Counted from the stretch's first letter, positions 18,777 through 26,959 are shown. The stretch is 32,000 nt of DNA from Candidatus Thorarchaeota archaeon (GCA_008080745.1 SHMX01000001.1:90001-122000); one strand, 5' to 3'. A program made the numbers and translations. The notes: a model not told the origin generated them from the letters alone.

Positions 18777-19961
18777 GTGGGAAAAACAGTGTTCTCTTAC
18801 ATCACACATTTGGAATGTCCTCAATGTAATAGGAGCTATTCAGCAGACGTCCATGCTGGATACTGTGTTTGTGGATCACCACTTTTTGCAGTATATGATA
18901 TGATGAGTATTATCGACGAGATTAATGCTGGCACATTTCCAGCAAATATTAATTCAATATGGAGATATGCACAGCTCCTACCTGTGAGATCCCCGTCATT
19001 TGTGGTAAGACTAGGAGAAGGATGGACCCCTCTTTTGACTACAAGACATCTAGGAAGACATGTTGGATTGAAGTTATTGAGGGTTAAAAATGAGGCTATG
19101 AATCCTACTCAGAGCTTTAAAGATAGAGGTCTCTGTGTAGCAATCTCAAAACATCTTGAATTGGGAGCAAAATCCTTCGCATTGCCCTCGGCAGGTAATG
19201 CTGGAGTTTCAACTAGTGCATATTCTGCCGCTGCTGGTGTTCCAGCTCACATCTTCATGCCTGAAGACACCCCCAAGTCCTTTTTTGAGGCATGTCATAT
19301 GTATGGCGCCATTATCGAAAAAGTTCCAGGAACAATTTCTGATGCAGGAAAAGAAATGAAAAACCAAGGTGGAAACTGGACCGACTTATCAACAACAAAA
19401 GAACCGTACAGAGTAGAAGGGAAAAAGACATTGGGATTTGAGATTTCAGAACAAATGGGATGGACTATGCCAGATGTAATAGTATGCCCAACAGGAGGCG
19501 GAACAGCATTAATTGGAATTTGGAAAGCAATCGATGAATTGGAGGCATTAGGACTTTTAGATTTCAAAAAGCCACGACTCTATGCCGCCCAAAGTGCGGG
19601 GTGTGCACCAGTTGTTAGAGCAATTGAAAAAGATACACTTACTATCGAGTCCTGGGAAAATGGTGAAACAGAAGCATATGGTCTTCGTGTTCCAAGTCCA
19701 TTTGCCGATAGACTAATTCTCAATGCACTTCGAGGATCAGGGGGAGGTGCAGTTGCAGTGATAGAACAAGAAATACGAGCCGCTAGAAGTCTTGCCGCTA
19801 GAATGGAGGGCATGGATTTCTGTCCGGAAGCTGCAGTAGGTCTTGCGGGAATAAGACATCTGGTAGAAACGGGAGAGATAGATTATGATGAAGACGTAGT
19901 CCTCCTCAACACAGGGTCTGGTTCGCGATACTCCTTCAAATACGATACGAGTGAAACCTAA
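18777..19961 (+). CDS. thrC: Threonine synthase (PLP fold type II)
   Basis: N-terminal CPQC..CVC, LGEGWTPL, NPTQSFKDRG (PLP lysine), SAGNAG, EGKKT, PTGGG and LLNTGSG. Confidence 0.9.
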   Translation: MGKTVFSYITHLECPQCNRSYSADVHAGYCVCGSPLFAVYDMMSIIDEINAGTFPANINSIWRYAQLLPVRSPSFVVRLGEGWTPLLTTRHLGRHVGLKLLRVKNEAMNPTQSFKDRGLCVAISKHLELGAKSFALPSAGNAGVSTSAYSAAAGVPAHIFMPEDTPKSFFEACHMYGAIIEKVPGTISDAGKEMKNQGGNWTDLSTTKEPYRVEGKKTLGFEISEQMGWTMPDVIVCPTGGGTALIGIWKAIDELEALGLLDFKKPRLYAAQSAGCAPVVRAIEKDTLTIESWENGETEAYGLRVPSPFADRLILNALRGSGGGAVAVIEQEIRAARSLAARMEGMDFCPEAAVGLAGIRHLVETGEIDYDEDVVLLNTGSGSRYSFKYDTSET

Positions 19962-20051
19962 TCAGCATTAATAAAAATTGAAATCTCATAAATTTCCGTC
20001 AATATTATAGGTACCAATGTATGTTCGATAAGTAATTTGGGAGGATAACAA

Positions 20052-21206
20052 GTGACAGATAGTCCGAAATCTGAGCATCATCGAAAGACGTTCAAAGAGT
20101 CAATAGCAGCAGATAAATTTGAACTAACTGTTTTTGGAATTCTGATTGTTCTGTATTTTTATCTTCGATTATCAGGCATCGAGCCAACAATAGTTCTTAT
20201 TCTAGGTCTCGTTTGTGGGACTTGGTTAGCATTCCGGCCATCTGAATGGGCAGTCGAGGGAATTGAGAGCGCTGCAGGTCATCTAGGATTCACAGCATAC
20301 GTTGCAGGAATGTTATCTAGTCTAGCTAGCAATATGCCAGAAGCAGCTATAAGTGGGATTGCGGCATACACAGGAGAGATAACAAATCAACCAGAATTGA
20401 AAACAATTGCAGTGTTATCGGTACTCATAGCTGCTGGTTTCAATATGGTTCTGCTTGGACTCACAATAATCATTGCAACAAAGGGAAAGGATGATATGCC
20501 AGTTCCAGAGGAGGCAATAAAGAAGGATTCTGTTTTAATTCGATGGACAATTGTGGCGTTGGTCGCTATTTTTGCTCTTGGCATCGTGGATGTCGCTTTT
20601 GCAGAAAATGGAAATGCTCAATTCTTTATTCCTTGGGAGGCATCATTTATCCTCTTTTTCTCCTATATCGTCTATGCATATTCACTCGCGACCGATGATG
20701 TAAGCGAAGAAACTGAATTAGCAGAAGCACATCATTCAAGAAGAATTGCAGCAATCTTGGCAGTAATAGGATTTATTGGGATATTTTTTGCAGGTGAGAT
20801 GCTAACCTCATCTGTAGAGATACTTCTACATGACTATAATCATGTAATTGCAGAATATGCTAATCCTGTCACAATTGCAGCGTTGATACTGGGTGCAGCT
20901 GGTGCAATACCTGAACATGGGATTGCATTGATTGCAGCTGCAAGAGGAAAGATTGGTCTTGCAGTGGGAAATCTTATTGGAGGCGTTTTGCAAATAATAT
21001 TACTCGTCGGTGGAGGAATTGGAATTTTTGTATTGATTCCTATGAATCGTTATGTTTTATTTCAGCTTATTGTCATAGCAGGGAGTCTTTGGTTCCTAAA
21101 ACGAGCAATAGCAGACGATCATCACCTAGATCTGTTCGAGGGTGCAATGATTATTCTACTACAGGCATATGTATTTGCCTTACTAGTTTGGGGAACGCCT
21201 ATATGA
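20052..21206 (+). CDS. Ca2+/cation antiporter (CaCA superfamily, CAX/ChaA-like)
   Basis: About 10-11 TM segments with alpha-repeat motifs SSLASNMPEA and GAIPEH..A...GN. Confidence 0.82.
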   Translation: MTDSPKSEHHRKTFKESIAADKFELTVFGILIVLYFYLRLSGIEPTIVLILGLVCGTWLAFRPSEWAVEGIESAAGHLGFTAYVAGMLSSLASNMPEAAISGIAAYTGEITNQPELKTIAVLSVLIAAGFNMVLLGLTIIIATKGKDDMPVPEEAIKKDSVLIRWTIVALVAIFALGIVDVAFAENGNAQFFIPWEASFILFFSYIVYAYSLATDDVSEETELAEAHHSRRIAAILAVIGFIGIFFAGEMLTSSVEILLHDYNHVIAEYANPVTIAALILGAAGAIPEHGIALIAAARGKIGLAVGNLIGGVLQIILLVGGGIGIFVLIPMNRYVLFQLIVIAGSLWFLKRAIADDHHLDLFEGAMIILLQAYVFALLVWGTPI

Positions 21207-21831
21207 TATAATCAAGGATATGTGTGAGATTGTCACCAGGCACATTTATCATGGCGGCATTTCTCACTTCTTTATCCTCGGGTCTGAAAGCAATTGATAG
21301 TCCAACAGTACTAAAAACAGAGATATCATTTCGACCATCTCCAATATAAGCTGTTTCTTTCAAGTCAACTCCAAAATGCTCAGCAATGCGTTTGATTTCA
21401 ATGACTTTACCACCCCATCCCACGTTCACCTCAACATTTCCGGATAGGATACCATCCTTGTGAAGAAGCCTATTTGTAAGAACATATTCAACACCCAATC
21501 TTCTAGCTACATCATTAGCAAGAATATCGAGACCACCAGATAAAATGGCTACTTTCACGCCAGCCTCTTTCAAACGAGTAATGGTTTCTTTTGCACCTGG
21601 TACCAACTTCGTACCTTCAATTACGGGATGTATTTCTAAAATCGGACGGCCCTTCCAAAGACCTGCATCGAGTGCAGCCCATTCATTATATGTAATTTCA
21701 CCTGCAAAATATTGGTCAAAATAGAACCGACCTTTCTCTTCTGTTCCAAAATGCTCATGAAGTCGCCACCAAATACTTGAATGGCAGGTCAAAGTTCCAT
21801 CCACATCAAACACAACTAATTGTATTGCCAT
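21199..21831 (-). CDS. HAD-IB phosphatase, phosphoserine phosphatase SerB-like
   Basis: Motifs DVDGTLT, ILSGG, GGK and GDGRND. Confidence 0.85.
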   Translation of the reverse strand: MAIQLVVFDVDGTLTCHSSIWWRLHEHFGTEEKGRFYFDQYFAGEITYNEWAALDAGLWKGRPILEIHPVIEGTKLVPGAKETITRLKEAGVKVAILSGGLDILANDVARRLGVEYVLTNRLLHKDGILSGNVEVNVGWGGKVIEIKRIAEHFGVDLKETAYIGDGRNDISVFSTVGLSIAFRPEDKEVRNAAMINVPGDNLTHILDYII

Positions 21832-21866
21832 GAATTAAACACCTGTAGTAGGAATCATCAATTTTA

Positions 21867-22535
21867 CTAACTCTGAGCTTCTTTTTCCCGTTCTTCTTTT
21901 GCTTCACGTTCAAGATCAGCCAGCATAGCATCAATTCTCTTCTCTTCTGAGGGGGTCTTTTCACCTGAGGCAGAAGCTTCCATTTCACGCTCTTCTTCAA
22001 GAGGCGGAAGAACACCTTCTTTCTCCAATAAGACCTCAGCCTCGATAGCGTCTAGCTCGCGATCAATTCGTTCTTCAGCTTCCAGCGTAGTAGATGAACT
22101 GGATAGGTCTTCAGATAGCAACTCTCCGGCAATAGAAATATGTTCAAAGGACTGTGATAGTCTATCCAATTGCATCTGAATTTCAGTAGGACTTAGCATT
22201 TCACGAGCCTGTGTAAGAGCCGCATTTGCAATCTTGAATGCACTTAGAACCTCAGCTTGGTCTTGAGCTTCTTCGAGATTCATCAATGCGGTTTCCAGGG
22301 TAGTTACTTGTTGACGATATCTTCCCTTTCTTCCTTCAAGATCAACCACGACACTCAGATGGGACCTTGCCGAGGTCCTATCTCCACGTTTCATTGCTTC
22401 TCTTGCGGCTTTACGTTCCTCAGCCATTCGAGTATCAAGGCGTCTAATACGTAAAGTAAGAGCATTCATAGTGCCTTTAATCTCAAGTATGCCGCGCTCA
22501 GAGTCTACTTTTTTCTTCCCGCTCAAAAAACCCAT
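21867..22535 (-). CDS. ESCRT-III/Snf7 family protein (Vps20/32/60-like)
   Basis: Basic N-terminus MGFLSGKKK, heptad helices, LETALMNLEEAQDQAEVLSAFKIANAAL (parallel to Snf7 LENANTNTEVLKNM), acidic C-terminus with EERIDRELDAIE and a terminal amphipathic helix. Confidence 0.82.
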   Translation of the reverse strand: MGFLSGKKKVDSERGILEIKGTMNALTLRIRRLDTRMAEERKAAREAMKRGDRTSARSHLSVVVDLEGRKGRYRQQVTTLETALMNLEEAQDQAEVLSAFKIANAALTQAREMLSPTEIQMQLDRLSQSFEHISIAGELLSEDLSSSSTTLEAEERIDRELDAIEAEVLLEKEGVLPPLEEEREMEASASGEKTPSEEKRIDAMLADLEREAKEEREKEAQS

Positions 22536-22655
22536 TCATTTTCCACCATATTTCGGGTTACATTATTCCTGTGGAGAAAGACCATTTAACCATTTGGCAT
22601 TGGTGCTTTTGAGTTAGATTCTTAGGTACAAAGTAGACGAGAGTATTGTGATTAT

Positions 22656-23468
22656 ATGAGCCTGAAGAAGATACTATTTGACGCAATTGATGCTGCAAAA
22701 GATACAGTATTAGATAATTTAGACCAAGCATCAAAGAAAACTGGAAAAGAAAATCCATTTGGTGATAAAACACTATTACTTGATCAACAAGCTGAAAACG
22801 CAGCTATTGAGATATTACAATCCTCAGAATTTGGCATGAAAATTTTGACAGAGGAACAAGGAACTATCGAATCAGATATTCAGACAGACTACCTAATCAT
22901 AATTGACCCAATCGATGGATCAGCTAACCTAGAACGCAGAATTCCCCTCTGCACTATTGGCATATCTGCAATTCCCATAGAGAGTTCACTCACAACTGAT
23001 AATGTCGAAATAAGTATCATTGACTCATATTTCACAAAAGAGACTTATGTAGCACAAAGGAACAAAGGTGTTACCTGCAATGGAGAAAGAGTAAAAGTTG
23101 CAGACTCGCTTTCAATCGAAGATACAATAATATCATATGATTCAAAGAAGAAAGGAGACCCCTCTTTTGCCTTATCTTCTCAAAGAGTAATTGAGGGTGT
23201 AAAGGATATTAGACGAACAGCTAGTAATTTACTTGATCTCTGTTGGGTGGCAGCAGGAAAATTAGATGCAATGGTAGATTTACGGAATATGCTACCAATA
23301 ATCCATGTGAGTGGAACACATATGGTGCGAGAGGCTGGTGGATTTATTCTAAGCGAAAATAAAGAGAGATTCGTTCTTCCATTAGAATCAAAATATATGA
23401 TGAGCTTTGTTGCAGCCTCCAATGAGCAACTTGCTCAACAAATTCTGCAATTATATCACTCTGAGTAA
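22656..23468 (+). CDS. Inositol monophosphatase/FBPase family protein (divergent)
   Basis: Motifs TEEQG, IIDPIDGSAN, CWVAAG and REAGG. The canonical WD motif before AAG/EAGG is missing. Confidence 0.82.
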   Translation: MSLKKILFDAIDAAKDTVLDNLDQASKKTGKENPFGDKTLLLDQQAENAAIEILQSSEFGMKILTEEQGTIESDIQTDYLIIIDPIDGSANLERRIPLCTIGISAIPIESSLTTDNVEISIIDSYFTKETYVAQRNKGVTCNGERVKVADSLSIEDTIISYDSKKKGDPSFALSSQRVIEGVKDIRRTASNLLDLCWVAAGKLDAMVDLRNMLPIIHVSGTHMVREAGGFILSENKERFVLPLESKYMMSFVAASNEQLAQQILQLYHSE

Positions 23469-23540
23469 GACTGAAAATAAGCTGGTAGCTAACTTATCAC
23501 TTATATTATTGTTAGATTGAGCTAAATCAGAGTTGATTCT

Positions 23541-24344
23541 ATGTCAAAACCAACCGTTCCAGAAGAAGTAGTCGAAGCCATGAAAGGCGTCAAGCATAAG
23601 ATTGTAGTCCTTTCAGGTAAAGGCGGTGTCGGAAAGACCACAGTAGCTACAAATCTAGCAATGGCATTTTCAAAGAACCATTCATCAGGTATTCTTGACG
23701 TGGATATTTATGGACCAAATGTTCCAAAGCTATTAGGATTAGAAGGACAACATCCTGTAGCAGAGGGAAATATGATTCAACCCGTAATTGGTCCTGAGGG
23801 AGTTAAAGTCATGAGTATGGGCCTCCTGTTGAAGAAGAGCGATGATGCAGTTGCGTGGAGAGGGCCGCTTGTTGCAAGAGCAATTAACCAATTCCTCGGC
23901 AATGTGTTATGGGGAGACCTAGATGTTCTTGTTGTGGATTTACCACCTGGAACTGGTGACGAAATTCTCAGTATTCTTCAATCAATACCTAATATAGATG
24001 GAGTTATTATAGTTTCAACACCACAGGAAGTGGCAGTTTTAGATGCAAGACGGGCAATTCAACTTGTATCGAAGATGAATGTCCCTATACTAGGAATTAT
24101 AGAAAATATGGCTGAATTTGTCTGTCCCAATTGTGGTGAGGTCTATCAATTGTTCGGCACAGGTGCTGCAGAGAAGGCATCTGAAGATTTTGGAATAGAT
24201 CATCTCGGTACACTACCCCTCGACCCTCGAGTCATCACATTGAGTGATGAAGGTACACCTTTTGTTATAAAAGAACCCGACTCAAAAGTTTCAAAGGACT
24301 TTAACAAAGTAGTAGAGATACTTGCAGAGAAGGTTGGACTGTAA
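23541..24344 (+). CDS. mrp: Mrp/NBP35 (ApbC) Fe-S cluster carrier ATPase
   Basis: Motifs GKGGVGKTT, DVDIYGP, WRGP, VDLPPGTGD, STPQ and ENM..CPNC. Confidence 0.95.
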   Translation: MSKPTVPEEVVEAMKGVKHKIVVLSGKGGVGKTTVATNLAMAFSKNHSSGILDVDIYGPNVPKLLGLEGQHPVAEGNMIQPVIGPEGVKVMSMGLLLKKSDDAVAWRGPLVARAINQFLGNVLWGDLDVLVVDLPPGTGDEILSILQSIPNIDGVIIVSTPQEVAVLDARRAIQLVSKMNVPILGIIENMAEFVCPNCGEVYQLFGTGAAEKASEDFGIDHLGTLPLDPRVITLSDEGTPFVIKEPDSKVSKDFNKVVEILAEKVGL

Positions 24345-24380
24345 ATATTCTAAAACAGGAGAAACAGAAAGACTGAGTGT

Positions 24381-24788
24381 TTATTCCTCAGTCTCATCTG
24401 ATTCTTCATCATCTATTTCTTCATCCTCACCCTCTGACTCCATATCTTTATCGATGTCTTCCTCTTCATCAAGATATTCTTCTTTATCTTCGACATCTAA
24501 ACCGGATGATGCTATCTTATTGATAATAGGATAGACTATAATCAATCCAATGAAGGCCAGAGCAATTATTGCCATCATTGCACCACTGGCACCAAACCAG
24601 GCCACAGGATTGACTAAAAGATCGGAAAAGGGCGACTCAAGTAATACAATTTGAAACCAAATGGGAATGGCAAAGACAAGTGGTAGACATATTAGAACCA
24701 GAATGCCAATTGAGGCAATTATCTCAGCCATATGTAGCAGAATACGTTTCACCGTGCTATCAACTGCTTTCTTCGCAATAGAGGACAT
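24381..24788 (-). CDS. Small two-TM membrane protein with an acidic tail
   Basis: Start moved to the ATG at 24788 (MSSIAKK, preceded by GGAG and a TTTTAAA box about 35 nt upstream). Two hydrophobic segments, then a D/E-rich tail. Confidence 0.65.
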   Translation of the reverse strand: MSSIAKKAVDSTVKRILLHMAEIIASIGILVLICLPLVFAIPIWFQIVLLESPFSDLLVNPVAWFGASGAMMAIIALAFIGLIIVYPIINKIASSGLDVEDKEEYLDEEEDIDKDMESEGEDEEIDDEESDETEE

Positions 24789-24822
24789 TTTTCTTCTCCA
24801 ACCGAGTGCAACATAGAACTCC

Positions 24823-24834
24823 TTTAAAACTTGC
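24823..24834 (-). promoter_or_regulatory. GCAAGTTTTAAA BRE/TATA-like element upstream of the 24788 gene
   Basis: The same 12-mer occurs on the plus strand at 25241-25252. TTTTAAA lies at archaeal promoter distance from the ATG. Confidence 0.5.
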
Positions 24835-24851
24835 TGGATAAATGAAGGTCT

Positions 24852-24948
24852 GGGGGCCAAAAATAGGAGGAATCGAATCCGCAGCGCTTGTGGAATTGGA
24901 CGTCAAATCTGAGAGAGAGGGTGTGTGTAGCGGATGATTGTGGCCCCC
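24852..24948 (-). ncRNA. Candidate structured small RNA 1 (97 nt, strand uncertain)
   Basis: Terminal 8-bp stem GGGGGCCA/TGGCCCCC and inner helix AATC-ATCCGC/GCGGAT-(TC)-GATT. Unpaired CCCTCTCTCTC and CCTCC on the minus strand. TTATAT lies 27-32 nt upstream on minus. Confidence 0.45.
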
Positions 24949-25053
24949 GTTATGATATATTATAATATAATATGATATAAGTGTATGTAATGTCAACACT
25001 GTCGTCATAATGTTTTGATAATTGATTGATGAAAAGAAGAGAGAGGAGAAGAG

Positions 25054-25136
25054 GAGCGACCCGAGGTTTTGAACGCTGGAGGAGGAGAGAGAATTGCTAC
25101 GGAATGATCATAACAAGATTAACCGTCGGGTCGTTC
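25054..25136 (-). ncRNA. Candidate structured small RNA 2 (about 83 nt)
   Basis: Terminal stem CGACCCGA/TCGGGTCG, a bulged C, then GGTT/AACC. The loop contains TTCTCTCTCCTCCTCC. TTATATA box at 25166-25160 and a downstream pyrimidine tract ending TTCTTTTC. Confidence 0.5.
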
Positions 25137-25240
25137 TGTATTATATTAGGATTAAAGATATATAATCAAATCTTCGATAGACTAAAACCCGCCAAATGAT
25201 GCGAAATTCGCAATAGTGAATAAATATGATAGAGATTATC

Positions 25241-25263
25241 GCAAGTTTTAAATGTAAACTTGC
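25241..25263 (+). promoter_or_regulatory. TATA box embedded in an 8-7-8 inverted repeat (putative operator)
   Basis: GCAAGTTT-taaatgt-AAACTTGC. TTTAAA at 25247-25252 lies about 30 nt upstream of candidate RNA 3. Confidence 0.5.
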
Positions 25264-25282
25264 AGTATACTCATTTGAATGC

Positions 25283-25472
25283 GTGTCGAGGAGCGCCAAA
25301 ACATCACAACGTGACTCTTGTCACAATTAGTGATGCTCCCTCCTGAAAAATCCTGATTGCACAAAAGGTGCACACATCCTCTCCTCCAATCGTACTAAAT
25401 AAAGTACGATTAACCTCCTCAAGCAACCAAGCGTACTATTTTTCTTGGCGCACCTCGCACCTTCACTTTTTT
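25283..25472 (+). ncRNA. Candidate structured small RNA 3 (about 180 nt plus T-tract)
   Basis: The 5' arm GTG-t-CGAGG-a-GCGCCAA pairs with the 3' arm TTGGCGC-a-CCTCG-CAC. Three internal hairpins (25302-25335, 25358-25372, 25388-25411). Linkers carry CTCCCTCCT, CATCCTCTCCTCC and AACCTCCTC. Ends CTTCACTTTTTT. Confidence 0.55.
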
Positions 25473-25542
25473 GTCACAATTCTAAAAATATTTGGGAGGA
25501 AAGAAGGGTCTCCCCCCGGTACAACTTAGTTTTTCTACACCT

Positions 25543-25965
25543 CTAACAGACATCTACTGGCTGAGGAAAAGGTGACGTTTCTATAAGGACTGACTCACAT
25601 CCAAAAGAGAATACTTCGACCATGAAAGGTGAATCTGATTCTGCAACTTTTGTCCAATTGTTCCGATCCCGCCTATAAAAACAATAATTGGTACAATTAT
25701 ATCGAATTTCAACTATTGATCTATCAGGAATAGTTTCCAGATCAGAAACAGAAAAGGTGATTCCCTCCGATTGATTTTCGCTATTCGGACGAGAAAGAAA
25801 GATTCGAAAAATATCACCATTATTTGGAAGTAGTAGCGCAACATGAGGACGACTATAAGAATCCCAATGATTAGGGATTGGCAGATTTCTGCACGCATAT
25901 GCGCCCTGAGCAGATTGGAATACCAAAAGAGTACCCTCATCGATTATCATGGTTTTATTGTACAC
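25543..25965 (-). CDS. Hypothetical protein (orphan-like)
   Basis: 140-aa ORF with ATG start and an upstream GGAG, occupying otherwise empty sequence. No recognisable motif. Confidence 0.5.
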   Translation of the reverse strand: MYNKTMIIDEGTLLVFQSAQGAYACRNLPIPNHWDSYSRPHVALLLPNNGDIFRIFLSRPNSENQSEGITFSVSDLETIPDRSIVEIRYNCTNYCFYRRDRNNWTKVAESDSPFMVEVFSFGCESVLIETSPFPQPVDVC

Positions 25966-26217
25966 TCCATTTTGTAGTTGTCATTGGTTGAGGTGTCTTC
26001 CCTAAGGACAGAAATACATGAAGACATATAATCGAAACCAATGAATAGATATATGATGAGATACTAAAATTGGAGTAGAAGCCGAATCCACCTAGAATAA
26101 TGGGCGATTCTAAAGATATTTTCTAGTTTTACATAAATTCAGCATTTTTGATGAAGTACAGGTTTTTTGAGACCACACAAAAAAGAACACCTTAACATTT
26201 GGTCATACGGGAATACA

Positions 26218-26901
26218 TTAGCTGCCATCATCGATTCTTTTCTTGACTTCTTCGACTATTTCACTGAGAGAAGAGAATACTAAATCAGAACCTACCTCCA
26301 AAAGCACATCTTTTGGTGTTTCACCAGTTGCTACTCCCCAAAATTCGATTCCTGCAGATTGTGCTGCTGCTGCATCAATACGTGCATCACCAACATAAAC
26401 TACTTCATCCACTTCAAGGTTCAAGTTGCGAGTCAGCTTGACTAATCCATCAGGATATGGTTTCGGATTTGGAGACTCATTTCGTGTTTGAATAATATCA
26501 AAATATTGATCAAATGGATGATTCTGTAGGATGATATTTACTGCATGACGACCATTGTTAGTTAATACTGCAGTACGAAGACCAAGGTTACGAATCTTCT
26601 GAACCGAATCAAGAGAACCTGGGATAATCAAAGTGTTTTGTGCAGCATCTCCTTCATGAGAGTTTAGCACCACATCCAAATCAATTTCCATCTGTTTCCA
26701 TTCGCTATCTGTGATCCCATTGTTAAAGAAATAAGTCTTGGCTTTGTATTTAGTACTGGATATTCCGTCTTCTACTGTCAGGAGTTCTGACGGGAGACCT
26801 TTTTCAAGAAAGAACTTCTTAGTATCACTACGCATCGCCTCTAGGGGCAATGTAAGTTCGGTTATTGTGCCATCCATATCAAAGAGTAATGCCTTTAGCA
26901 A
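26218..26901 (-). CDS. HAD-IA hydrolase (phosphoglycolate phosphatase-like)
   Basis: Motifs FDMDGT, LTNN, PKPYP and VGDARID. Confidence 0.88.
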   Translation of the reverse strand: MLKALLFDMDGTITELTLPLEAMRSDTKKFFLEKGLPSELLTVEDGISSTKYKAKTYFFNNGITDSEWKQMEIDLDVVLNSHEGDAAQNTLIIPGSLDSVQKIRNLGLRTAVLTNNGRHAVNIILQNHPFDQYFDIIQTRNESPNPKPYPDGLVKLTRNLNLEVDEVVYVGDARIDAAAAQSAGIEFWGVATGETPKDVLLEVGSDLVFSSLSEIVEEVKKRIDDGS

Positions 26902-26959
26902 TTCTCAAGTCCTCTCGCTATTAATTTTGGAAAACTCGTAAGAGTATTCCAAGAGGTGT

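Noticed and set aside
24967-24996. Sigma70-like TTGACA-N18-TATTAT on the minus strand
   Set aside because: The gene content is archaeal, and the AT-rich stretch is explained by TATA-like boxes or chance.
24760-25008. 82-aa minus-strand ORF, and the 24789-24860 N-terminal extension of the membrane protein
   Set aside because: They overlap structured element 1 and low-complexity AT sequence. Composition is not protein-like, and a better start with SD and TATA exists at 24788.
24852-25136. tRNA, 5S rRNA, Y RNA or hammerhead identity for elements 1 and 2
   Set aside because: GGATTCGATTCC is only superficially T-arm-like, with no 5-bp stem or cloverleaf. No 5S conserved blocks, no GGUCCGA/UUGAC Ro-binding helix and no TROVE gene in the window. 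No CUGANGA core.
24850-25540. Replication origin (AT-rich 24951-24990 as an unwinding element, with G/C strings)
   Set aside because: No ORB-like repeats (TTCCAGTGGAAAC-type) and no orc1/cdc6 gene nearby. End-paired stems with promoter and terminator signals fit RNA genes better. Not fully excluded.
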